DNA of 64,000 bases, from assembly GCF_000143415.4 (NCBI RefSeq), contig NW_003314262.1, forward strand, positions 1,725,960 to 1,789,959, read 5' to 3'. Under the pieces are notes generated by a model that did not search any database, had not been told where the DNA came from, and saw only the letters and a program-made list of their open reading frames with translations. Of the stretch, positions 9,807-20,866 are shown piece after piece (position 1 is the stretch's first letter; each line of letters starts with the position of its first letter). The translations under genes were made by a program, and so were the position numbers. The DNA is from Selaginella moellendorffii. Its lineage: Eukaryota; Plantae; Lycopodiophyta.

Positions 9807-12800
9807 TGGAGGGACCTTGCGCGAATAAGTTAGTGACCCCTCCATCTTTCTTTCGAGAGTATCATCAAGGGGTTCACTCGGCACCGGTTCATCCAGTGTT
9901 TACTTTCCAAGCTCGTTTTTATAACAAGAGGTCTCCTATTCTTCTCTCCGTGTTGGTTGATACAGGTTCGAGTTTATCTTCTATTGCTCGACCTGTTGCC
10001 ACACGTTGTCGTCTACACTTGCGTCGTGCGGCGGATCCAGTTTTCATTCTTTATGGCAACGGCCGTACACATGCATGTGCACGAGATGAGGCGGACCTGG
10101 TTGTGCGTGTGGGCGATCTCGAGTTTGAGTTGCAGTCGTTGCGGGTGGTGCCGAGTCAAGCTTTTGACCTCATTCTTGGTATGGATTGGTTGCAGCACAA
10201 TCATGCCAAGTGTGACTTTGAGGCTTTTCCCCCTTGTCTCATACTTCCTTATGTTTCATCCATTCCTCTCACTTCTGTACCTCTTCGTCCCTCTACTTCT
10301 ACCTCTGCTTCCATTACTTTTGTTCCCCCATTATTTCCTCTTGTGTTTCCATCTTGTTCTGCTCTTCCCTTTTCCGATCCCTCCAATGATCTTTGTGTTG
10401 CAGCTGTTGACCAGCTCATGAAGGAGTATTCTGATCTCTTTGAATTTGACCTATCGTCTGGGGCCAAGATTGCCACACGTCATCCCATTCCAACCGGGGA
10501 TGCTCGTCCAATCAAGGTTCCTGTTCGTCGTCGGTCACCTAAGGAGATCAAGATTTTACGTGCAAATGTCAAGGAGATGTTGGAGAAGGGTGTTATTCGG
10601 AAGTCGCGGAGTCCTTGGGCATGTGAACCTCATCTTGTGACGAAGCCTGATGGGAGTATTCGTTTCTGCATCGACTATCGTCCGTTAAATGAAGTGACGA
10701 TCCCGGACGTGTACCCTCTTCCTCACACTGCTGATCTCTTGGATCGTCTGGGGCGAAGTCGTTGGTTCACCAAGCTAGATCTTGCTTCTGGGTATTGGCA
10801 AGTATCGATGGCTGAAGACGATATTCCTAAGACTGCTTTTCGTACACCATTTGGTTTGTACGAGTTTTTGGTGATGCCGTTTGGTTTGAACAATGCTCCA
10901 GCAACTTTTCAGCGAATGATGGACGAGGTTCTTTGCGATATGCCGGAGGTGACGGCTGACTTCATTGATGATGTCTTGATCCACTCGGAGGGGACGTGGG
11001 AGGAGCATGTTCGTGATGTTTGTAAAGTGTTGGATCGGCTACGCGACGTTGGTTTAAAGCTGAAGCGGTCGAAGTGCGTGTTTGGGTCCAAGGACACAAC
11101 TTATCTTGGATACCGTATTTCTCGTGAGGGTTTGCAAGTTGATCCTGACAAACTTGTGGCTGTTCTAAAGTTCCCTACTCCGAAGTGTGTGAATGATGTG
11201 CAGCGTTTTTTGGGTAAGGTGCAGTATCTCGGTCGTTTTGTGGATCATCTTTCCGATCGTACTTTACCATTGCGAGCGTTGCTGAAGTCATCAACGTCAT
11301 CTTTCATCTGGTCTCCCGATTGTGAGCGGGCGTTCGTGAATCTCAAAGAGCTATTGACGACTCCTCCGGTTTTGGCATATCCTGACTACACTCGACCTTT
11401 TATTTTGCGCGTGGATGCTTCTGACATTGGTCTTGGAGGTGTGTTGATGCAAGAGAGCTCGAGTGTGCCTGGTCAGCGCCATCCCATTGCATACATAAGC
11501 CGTACATTACAACCAGCGGAGATGAACTACTCCACGACGGAGAAGGAGTGTTTAGCAGCAGTCTGGGGTTTCGAGAAACTTCATGCCTATCTACATGGTT
11601 CTCGGACGTTACTTGAAGGTGACCATGCTGCTGTTACTTCATTATTGAAGCGAAAGAACCTGGTTGGTCGTACGGCTCGATGGGCTTTGAAGCTTCAGAT
11701 ATATGATTTCGATGTTGTTCATCGCCCAGGGAGTTCTATGGCTGATGCTGATGCCCTTTCTCGAGCTCCTCTTCCTTCTCCACTCACTTCTCATGTTTCT
11801 GACGAACCTGTTGTTCCAGCATCTGTGGATTTTCTAGATGAGGATTCTGTGCTGTCGACGGTTGCTGTCCTTGACGTTCAGTGTCCACAGGGCGTAGAGC
11901 AAGATCTACCTTCTCTGGATGAGGTTCGCGAGGCTCAAAAGATTGAGCCGTGGATTCGAAGGCTTCGAGATGGGTTTGAGAATCCTGCATCACTTGCTGA
12001 TAACTTGCCTTTTCGGCATTTACATTCTCAATATCGCCTTGAAGATGGCCTTCTTTATTTTGTGGGGACGGATCCTGATGCTCATTTACGGCTGGTGGTG
12101 CCTTCGGTGTTTATTCCGCGGTTTCTCCATGCCTACCATGATTCTCCTATTCTAGGTGGGCATATGGGACACCGTCGTGTCACCGAGAAGTTGCGCAGAT
12201 CTTTCTATTGGCCAGAGATGCGACGTGATATTATCCGGTATGTGCGTAGCTGCGTTTGGTGCCAAGCTCGTAATACTCCCCCTTATGCTGCGGAAGGACG
12301 GTTGGAGTCAATTGCAGTTTCTCGTCCGTTTGAGTTGGTGGCGTTTGATCTTATGGGACCTTTTCCGCGATCGACTGCTGGCAATGAGTATGTTATTATT
12401 GCTTCTGACTACTTGACTCGTTGGGTGGAAGTTGGTGCTCTTGCTAGTGCCTCTGCAACTGCTGTTGGATACTTCCTCCTCAATCGAGTGGTGTTCCAGC
12501 ATTCTTGTCCAGAACGGATTCTTTCGGATAATGGTCCTGCATTTATGGCTGAGGTATTTCATGTTTTGACATCTCGGTTGGGGATACGCCACACTTTTAC
12601 GAGTGCTTATCATCCACAATCAGACGGTCTGGTGGAACGGCTTGTTCGGACATTCAAAGGGATGATTGCGAAGTATGTGAACTTTCAACATTCGGATTGG
12701 GATGGTTATTTGCCGTCTCTTCGGTATGCTTATGTCACAGGGGTGCAGAGTTCTATTGGTGCTTCACCATATAAACTTCTATATGGTCATGATCCAATAT

Positions 12801-13270
12801 TACCAACAGAGCTAGGTTTACCTTCGCGATTGCCACGAGCTCCTGATGCTAGGTCATGGGATCAATATTTGACAAGCATTCTTCCACTTGTCCGAGCAGA
12901 GTCTGCTGAACATTTAGGCCGCGTACAAGTGGGACAACAACGGCGCTACAATTCCCATCATCGTCCACCAGCGGAGTACAAAGTGGATGATTTGGTGTTA
13001 GTCCGTTTTCCCCATCTTACGGTACGTGGTTTATCTAAGGGGCTCCTTGCGCAGTGGAAAGGACCGTATCGGGTGTTGCGGCAAGTTGGACCACAAGTTT
13101 ATGAGGTTCGGCATGACGTTCAGCAGGCTGATCCTCCGGAGATTGTGCATGTGCAGCGGTTAAAACGCTTCATACAGAGGGATCAGGAGCAGTTAATACC
13201 GTCTACAGATCCACCGATGCCTCCTCCTGACGTTCCTCCAGATCCCGGCCCATCTACAAGAGAACCCTGA
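9671..13270 (+). CDS. pol: Retrotransposon Pol (protease, RT, RNase H, integrase), in the -1 frame relative to gag
   Basis: LVDTGSS; RFCIDYRPLN, MPFGL.NAPATFQ, FIDD; DASDIGLG; H..GH..CVWC, DLMGP, SDNG, GLVER; WKGPY; no chromodomain. Confidence 0.96.
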   Translation: MSALSGLATSISWVETLASTTSRWCCCGGRFGYRGAFGKRGVARVMEGPCANKLVTPPSFFREYHQGVHSAPVHPVFTFQARFYNKRSPILLSVLVDTGSSLSSIARPVATRCRLHLRRAADPVFILYGNGRTHACARDEADLVVRVGDLEFELQSLRVVPSQAFDLILGMDWLQHNHAKCDFEAFPPCLILPYVSSIPLTSVPLRPSTSTSASITFVPPLFPLVFPSCSALPFSDPSNDLCVAAVDQLMKEYSDLFEFDLSSGAKIATRHPIPTGDARPIKVPVRRRSPKEIKILRANVKEMLEKGVIRKSRSPWACEPHLVTKPDGSIRFCIDYRPLNEVTIPDVYPLPHTADLLDRLGRSRWFTKLDLASGYWQVSMAEDDIPKTAFRTPFGLYEFLVMPFGLNNAPATFQRMMDEVLCDMPEVTADFIDDVLIHSEGTWEEHVRDVCKVLDRLRDVGLKLKRSKCVFGSKDTTYLGYRISREGLQVDPDKLVAVLKFPTPKCVNDVQRFLGKVQYLGRFVDHLSDRTLPLRALLKSSTSSFIWSPDCERAFVNLKELLTTPPVLAYPDYTRPFILRVDASDIGLGGVLMQESSSVPGQRHPIAYISRTLQPAEMNYSTTEKECLAAVWGFEKLHAYLHGSRTLLEGDHAAVTSLLKRKNLVGRTARWALKLQIYDFDVVHRPGSSMADADALSRAPLPSPLTSHVSDEPVVPASVDFLDEDSVLSTVAVLDVQCPQGVEQDLPSLDEVREAQKIEPWIRRLRDGFENPASLADNLPFRHLHSQYRLEDGLLYFVGTDPDAHLRLVVPSVFIPRFLHAYHDSPILGGHMGHRRVTEKLRRSFYWPEMRRDIIRYVRSCVWCQARNTPPYAAEGRLESIAVSRPFELVAFDLMGPFPRSTAGNEYVIIASDYLTRWVEVGALASASATAVGYFLLNRVVFQHSCPERILSDNGPAFMAEVFHVLTSRLGIRHTFTSAYHPQSDGLVERLVRTFKGMIAKYVNFQHSDWDGYLPSLRYAYVTGVQSSIGASPYKLLYGHDPILPTELGLPSRLPRAPDARSWDQYLTSILPLVRAESAEHLGRVQVGQQRRYNSHHRPPAEYKVDDLVLVRFPHLTVRGLSKGLLAQWKGPYRVLRQVGPQVYEVRHDVQQADPPEIVHVQRLKRFIQRDQEQLIPSTDPPMPPPDVPPDPGPSTREP
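9782..9845 (+). promoter_or_regulatory. -1 ribosomal frameshift signal: G GGA AAC heptamer plus H-type pseudoknot
   Basis: Heptamer 9782-9788 in gag frame; 6-nt spacer; stem 1 9795-9803/9816-9824; stem 2 9806-9813/9838-9845. Confidence 0.8.
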
Positions 13271-13302
13271 CGGCCTTCCATTATTCCGAGAGGAGGGGAT
13301 GA

Positions 13303-13492
13303 TGTGAGGGCCAAGTGTACGGCTACAATGCCGTATACTAATATTAGCATAGTGGATTTTGGTAGCTGTCGGATTGGTTTCAATCCGGACCACTCGCTCC
13401 TGTATATAAGCTAGGGTTTTTGGGTTAATTGATTTGCACATTTCTGTATTCCCTTTCCATATTTCCTGCACTCACATTTCCATGCACTCACA
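13303..13492 (+). repeat. 3' LTR
   Basis: Copy of 8451-8640, preceded by PPT and followed by AAAC. Confidence 0.97.
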
Positions 13493-13763
13493 AAACGAAA
13501 AAAAGAGAAATATTCAAACTAACTGTACTTAGATAATTGAGGTATTTTTAAAAAGTGTAAGAAAAAAGAAAAAACGTTTCAAACAGAAGAAATATTTTTT
13601 TCCACGGGTCTGCTGAGACATCTATTCACAGTCCGCAGGTTTAAGCCCCTAAATCTCATTGAAAAAATGTTACCAATACCACATTTCAAACTAGGAGCCA
13701 AAAAAAAAAAAGAAAGAAAAAAGTAAAAAACGTGGAGAAACTTAAGTACCAGGCGTCCTCCTC

Positions 13764-15060
13764 TCAGTATGGAACCACGTACGGCAACGCATACACGCCC
13801 ACGGCTGGAAGAAATCGCGCCTCGGCCCAAACCTCGTCTTCCTCCTCCCTCTCCTTTTCCTCCCGTGGTTTCTTCCCCTCGTCCCTTCTCCTCTTATGAT
13901 ACAGCCACTCGAGGTGCGCGTCGTCCTCCTCAAGCCTCTCCTCCTTGATCTCGGCAAGCTTGATCTCTGGAAATCTATGCCGCTTCTCCTTCTCCTTCTC
14001 CTTCTCCACACTTGGTGGCGATTTCTTCTTTGTATCCTGCTTTTGCTCTTGATCCTCCCGTCTTACTCGACCGTCTTCCTTCTTTTGATCCTCCCTCCTC
14101 GCTCGATCGTCTTCCTTCGTTTGATCCTCCCTCTTCGCCCGATCGTTCTCTCTCTTTTGATCCTCCCTCTTGCCTCGATAGTCTTCTATCTTTTGATCTT
14201 GGTGGTGTTGGTGTTGCTGTCCCTGCTGCTGTGCTACTACTTGCCCGGTGTCGAGCGGCTTTACCATAACTAAAGGAACCTTGCCATTTATCTCGGTGTC
14301 TGTAACTACGTACTTGGAAGTGCTCGCCACTGCTGCCGCCACCCCGGCCTTGGAGTTGGAGTTGGACTTGGAATTGGAGCTTCCATCCAGGATTTGAGTA
14401 GAACTAGAGCTCCTCGCTTCCAAAACCTTGCCTGTCTCGGTCGCTTTCGCTTCCTGGAGAACGGCCTTCCCAGTCTCGGGAGCTTTTGCTTCTTGCCACC
14501 CAGTCCCAGTCCCCGTGACCCTGTCCGATAGCTTCGCATCTTGCAAACCTTTTCCAGCCTTTGTCGAGCCAGTGGCACTCTTGCTATCAGCAGCAGCTTG
14601 CAACCTCCCATTCTCTCCCCCAGAAACATCGTTGCTACTGGCGTGCGTCTTTTGGTTCTTGCTAGATCGCTTATCCTTGTCTGTAAACACAGGCAAGTGG
14701 ATCCCAAGGTCCCAACAGGCTAAGCCATGCACACGCACACAAAGGAAAGTTACTTACGTGAATTATTCTCATTCTTGTCGTCCCTCTTTCGTTTCTTCTT
14801 CTTCTCTTTGTCTCTGTGCTTGTGCTTCTCCTTGGAAGTAGCAACCTTGAGAATCGAAGAGAAAAGAAACAAGAAAAAAAAAACGGCAGCATCAGTACAC
14901 ACTTCGAGCAAAAGAAAAAGAGTTCTCTTTTATCTAGCAAGGGAAAAAAAAAAAAAAACGAGGAGGCACCAACCTGAGCAGCAGGAACTATGTCCGCAAT
15001 GAGCTCGGTGGTGGCTTTCTTTTCGTATCCCGGTGGCGGGTATGGATGACACCGAGACAT
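13764..15060 (-). CDS. Plant-specific uncharacterised Lys/Glu-rich protein of the 'MSRC(F/H)PYPPPGY ... YALPYxVP(F/Y)' family, ~3 exons
   Basis: N-terminal MSRCHPYPPPGYEKK, charged low-complexity middle, C-terminal EWLY..VWAEARFLPAVGVYALPYVVPY. Confidence 0.85.
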
Positions 15061-15803
15061 CGAGGAACCCTAAGTGAGCGTTTAGTAGAGGAGTGGCGAC
15101 ACCAGCACCCAGAGGAGGTGGGCTCTATCAGCTGCCACCACTGCACCATTACATACAGCCCCCACTGCCCTCCACTGCGATAATTCTCAGCTCCTATGCA
15201 GCGATTCTCCAAAAGGGATGAAAAGGGAAGAAAAGGGAGAGGGGACGAAGAGGCTCAAAATCTCCCACGCCGCCACATTTCACCGCAATCCGGCGATCCC
15301 TGCCCAGGGCCGCAATTCCCTACACCTGCTGCCAAATCCCGCGCCCTCATCCATCGGGGCTCCCGGGAATGCTACCACAAAAACCAAAAACCCTGGAAAT
15401 TTTCTCCTCTATCGCTCGATGCGCGATGCCGATGCGATGGCGATGCACGGCGCGGCGGGGGGCGGCGCTGGGGCGACGATGCGAGGCGCGTGGGCGCAAT
15501 CAGTCCGCCAGCTCCCGCGATTCCAAGGATTTGCTGCTAGGCCGTGCTAAAGGAGAGCTTAGCCGCTAGGCGCAAGCGTCTGGGAATGGGAGCAAAAAAG
15601 GGCACGCTGGCAGCCCTGGCCTCCTTTTTATTCTGCCCTAAAGCTATCATTAAGCTAATCCCCAGCTTACTCTAATGAACATCCTTAAGGCAAGACCTAA
15701 CAGAGACAGAATATACCTTAGAATATTCAAGGAAATTGACAGAATATCCTAGATCTAAGAGGCATATACCAGCGAGATTAAGTTAAGCTAAGTTAATGGG
15801 AAG

Positions 15804-17530
15804 TTAGCCAATCGCGAGCTTTCTCTCTGGCGAGGACGAACAAGGGTCGCGTTGCGGCGAGTGGGATTCCAGAACCACACTTCGCGCGGCTTCCATGGCG
15901 AACTGTCCGTTCACGTAGTGCTTCCTACACACGGGCATGTAGATGTCCGCCCCGCCGATCACCTCCTTGCGTCGATCGTCCGTCTTTCGAAACGTGAATG
16001 CCGCGGCCCGGCCGCAAATCTCACACCTCGACGAGAGCTTGGTCACGGAGTCCGCCAGGGGGACGAGATCCAGCGCCGAGCCGAAGCGCTGCCTGCGACG
16101 GATCGAGAAACAGAGATAGAAAAAAGAGAGTTTTTTTGGTTCTTGGTACCTCAAGAAATCGCCGTCCAGCCCAGCAACGATGAGAGTTTTGCCGTCCCAG
16201 TCGGCCGCCGACTGGCAGAAGCTCAAGAGATCGTCGAAGAACTGCGCCTCGTCAATGCCGATGATCTCGGCCTGGTTGGAATCCAAGTGTAAGATTTTTT
16301 TGTTTTTCGTTTTGGAAGTTTTGAGTACCTGTGCGTAGAGCTCGGGCTTGTGTGACTTGAAGTCGGAGAGCGATGCAACGGCGGCACAGTGCATCTTTTT
16401 GCCGCTGTGCGAGACGATGCAGCCGAGGCCATATCTTGTGTCCTTGTCCGATTTCACCAAGGCGACTCTCCTGGAATAAACAAGAAAAGCAACGAAACAA
16501 ATGTGAGAACGATGCTCCACCAGTTGTAGATGCGCTAGAAAACAGAAGCAAAAATCTCGACGACTTCTCTTTGTGGAGCTGTTCGAGCCCCGTCACGACA
16601 AGGATGGCGAAGGAAGCGTTATAGACTGATTGCCTCAAATGGACAAAAAAGATTTAGCCATAAGATCGTGCTTAGGATGATGCTCTCGGTGGACACGAAG
16701 CTAATGCTCGGTCTACACGATTCCTTTCACGAAGACGAACGAGCGAAAGAACAAACATAAACGAGAAAGATAATGCAAGAGATCGTTCCAAAGCTCAAAC
16801 AAAGAAAACAAAGAAACTTCTAAGCAGGGATTACACGAGTCCTTTCACGAACAAGAACAAGCTAAACGAGAAAGAAAATGCAAAGAGATCGCTCCAATGC
16901 TTCAAACAAAGAAAGCAAAGAAACTTCTAACCAGAGATTTCTACGATTCCTTTCACGAACACGAACGAGCGCAAGAACAAACAAACCGAAAATGAAAATG
17001 CAAAGAACCAAGAAAGCAAAAAAAAACTTCTAACCAGGGAGTTCTAATGATCTACACTCCTCACAAACACGAACGAGCGAAAGAACAAGTGTAAACAAGA
17101 AAGAAATGCAATGAAATCGTTCCAATGCTCCAAACAAAGAAAGCAAAGAAACAAGAGAAGCTTCTAACCAGGGAATTCTTTGGAAGAACACATACCTTCC
17201 AGCATCGGCCTCCGCTTGAATCCTCTGGAGCAGCACCGTGGTCTTCCCAGCAAACATCGGCCCTAGAATCAAATGTATGCCGCCGTCGGGAGATTCTCGC
17301 CCATTCTCCGCAAAATCGGCGCTGGCGCTGCTCCGGCGGGAGCAGAACGATCGCCGCGCGGGCAACACTGGCGATCCCACCATTCTAGAATCGCGGCATT
17401 GCAGCGCCTGGGATGAGGAGGAGCAAGAAGCCGGGGCGAGGCTGTGCCGCCGCGATGCCGCCGCCGCTGCCGCTGAGAAGATCCTGGACCTAGACGACGC
17501 GATTGCCAGCGACGAAGACCCTAACAGCAT
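15804..17530 (-). CDS. TK1: Thymidine kinase (TK1 type) with N-terminal organellar transit peptide, multi-exon
   Basis: P-loop [44 protein letters not shown]; intron 16471-17195. Confidence 0.95.
16715..17175. repeat. Degenerate tandem repeat (~115 bp x ~4) in thymidine kinase intron 1
   Basis: Recurring CCTTTCACGAA..ACGAGCGAAAGAACAA..GAAAATGCAA..CAAAGAAACTTCTAA units. Confidence 0.75.
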
Positions 17531-17677
17531 TGCTCGTCTCTCACAGCCTCTTGGAATCAATCAAACGCCTCCATAGACGATATATTATAAAACCCCCAAA
17601 ACCCCCTCGAATAGATAGGTCTTTCCAAAATTTTCCCGCATAGGCTAGGTTACCCTAAAAATTCGTTCTTGGCTACC

Positions 17678-18578
<901 letters not shown>

Positions 18579-19802
18579 TATTTGTATGAAGTTCATGCGG
18601 CATGAATTACGCCTCCCCTTTGTAGTCAGTTAAGGACCAGACTACTCCCACTTTCACAGCTTTTCTCCATGCTCGCCCTCAATTAGTAGAGCAAGGCCTT
18701 AGTCGAGCAACTTCTTACTACCAAGAATAAGCTCAAGGTGGCCATCCACTCCAAAGTTCTTAGTTCAATCCTCTTTTCTCCTAGACAACTTGTTCTTCTC
18801 AAGGAATTCACTCCCTCCTACTTCTGAATACTGGACCTTCTTAAAGAACAAGGTGGTCTAAAGTACCCCTCTTCTCCATGGAAAGAGATGAGGAACACAC
18901 GATCTCACCTTCGTCAACAGGCCATTGTATATCCAAACACACAGAATACTCAGCTGACGGTTCTGGGGATTGACGTTCTCCGTTCTCTGCAAAGCAATAC
19001 GACAAGCAGTAGAGGATGTATTGCAGACAACGAGATGCTGAAGGGCCGGCTCAAAGTAGCCTGGGAACACAGTTACTCCTATGCGATGAGCAGCTTTGTC
19101 GAAGATGACTGCAATGAAGTACTTGGTGTGGTCCCTGAATCTGCCCACCATTGACATGCACGCCTGCTCTAGACCCTGCAAACAAATACTATCCAATCAA
19201 CTGTAAAAGACTGTGCTAAAACACATGCCAAGGCAGCAATTCGCGTTCCAAGAGCAGCAGCGATCGATGTACAAGTCAAACACGGCTGGTATGATATATT
19301 ACCATATCAGTGTCCTCAAGATTCCCCTGCAGTTCTGAGATCCACAACCAAGTCACAGTGGTGTTTTGTATCGTTTTATCACCGAACCACAAGGCGATGG
19401 TGATACAACGACAACCACCCACAACTAAAACCCTTTCGTTCTTGTAAAAACTACGAACCAGAACTCCAGTATTTTACTTTCTGACATGAACAGTTGAAAT
19501 TCAATCGAAAACCAAACCACAATTATAGGTAGCTGAACATTTGAGCCTGGGCAAGCACTCGATCAATTCAAAGGCTGACTTTACTTACTGAGAAAAGAAG
19601 CACTCCTGTTCCAAAAAGCGGGTGGAGAAGTTGACAGATCTCGTTGGCTGCTGAGATTGCAGCTAGTGCTACGCTCTGAAGTCTACCTTTGTCACATCAT
19701 GAACAGTGGGGCTTTCACAGTTCGCGATCTCACCGTGCAAACTTAGGGTTTATTGTACTTGCGTAAACCCTAAACAGGATGCCCTAAATTAAACCCTAAA
19801 CC

Positions 19803-20625
19803 CTAGGACACCTGAATCTCGACGGGTTTCTTGGCCTCGATCTTCTTCTTGGGCACCGTCACGTAGAGCACGCCGTCTTTCAGCTCCGCCGTGATCTTGT
19901 CCACCTCCACATTGTCCGGGATCATCACCCTCGACTCGTAAGACCCCACGCTTCGCGCCGCCCATTTGTCGCCCCCTTCCTTCCTCTCCTTGCTCGTCTC
20001 GCCCTTGATCAGCAAGAAGCCATCGTCCACGATCGATACCTTCACCTCGTCCCTGGCGAGCCCGGGCATGTCCACACGCATCCTAAAGGCCTCCTCGTCC
20101 TCCATCACGTCCCACGGCAATCGCCCGGAGCTCCGGCGCTGGATCGTGGGCAGCATCGATGGCGCCGGCGTCGGCATCGCTCCAGTCTCCAGCATTTGAT
20201 TCATCGCGTCGAGCATCTGGCCGAAGCTCCTGGACGCCGGCATGAATGGATCCCACAAATCTGTGAAGAGAGAGAGGCATTCGCGATTTCTAAGAATCAG
20301 TCCGGGAGAGAGATTTCGATCGGAGATTCTTACCCAGCGGCGAGAGGGGCGAGGATTGTCTTCTCGATGCCATCGAGGGCCTTTGCTGCTGCTGTTGCTG
20401 CTGGGGAGGGGAAGAGGATCCATTCGTTCTCTGGAGCTGCTGGGGCGAGGATTGCTGCTGGTGGATCTTGATGCTGTTTTGATCCGGCGCTGCCGACGCT
20501 CTAACGCGCAATCGCCTATCGCGAGCGCACGGCCTGGCGCTGGAGCGGCGATTGCCTGGCCGAGAACAAACCCTGGTAATCGCTGGAGGAGCGCATAGAG
20601 CTAGAGGATTAAACACCAAAGCCAT
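19803..20625 (-). CDS. HSP21: Plastid-type small heat shock protein (HSP21-like), one intron (~20262-20332)
   Basis: Transit peptide; Met-rich WDPF..RSFGQMLDAMNQML region; alpha-crystallin domain RVDMPGL..ITAELKDGVLYVTVPK. Confidence 0.92.
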
Positions 20626-20660
20626 TGTTCTTGGATACTCACCCAGTAGCCCTCTCCGGC

Positions 20661-20776
20661 ATTTAAATGGAGAAGAAACGAAGGCTCTAGAGATCTCTAG
20701 TTACTCAACCACGTGGCAGAATCTGGGACGTGCAAAATGCCAGGTCAGAATTCCTGCCACATCGACGGCCACGTCA
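20661..20776. promoter_or_regulatory. Shared sHSP/trihelix-NMNAT promoter: TATA-like ATTTAAAT, imperfect HSE GAAggCTCtaGAGatCTC (20680-20697), G-box CCACGTGG (~20709) and GCCACGTCA (~20768)
   Basis: Motifs seen in the 241-bp gap between divergent ATGs at 20625 and 20867. Confidence 0.5.
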
Positions 20777-20866
20777 GGATTGCTTTGTTCTGGGCTCGAT
20801 TCCCGTTAAACCCCACAAAGCAAAAATATTTCTTCTTTTAGGGTTTTTTCCCCGAAGCTCCGAGCT

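Larger units (their letters stand above)
8451..13492 (+). mobile_element. Intact non-chromoviral Ty3/Gypsy LTR retrotransposon (5,042 bp)
   Basis: 190-bp LTRs 8451-8640 and 13303-13492 (TG..CA, 3 mismatches); 4-bp TSD AAAC; PBS; PPT GAGAGGAGGGGATGA; uninterrupted gag and pol (PR-RT-RH-INT order). Confidence 0.97.
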
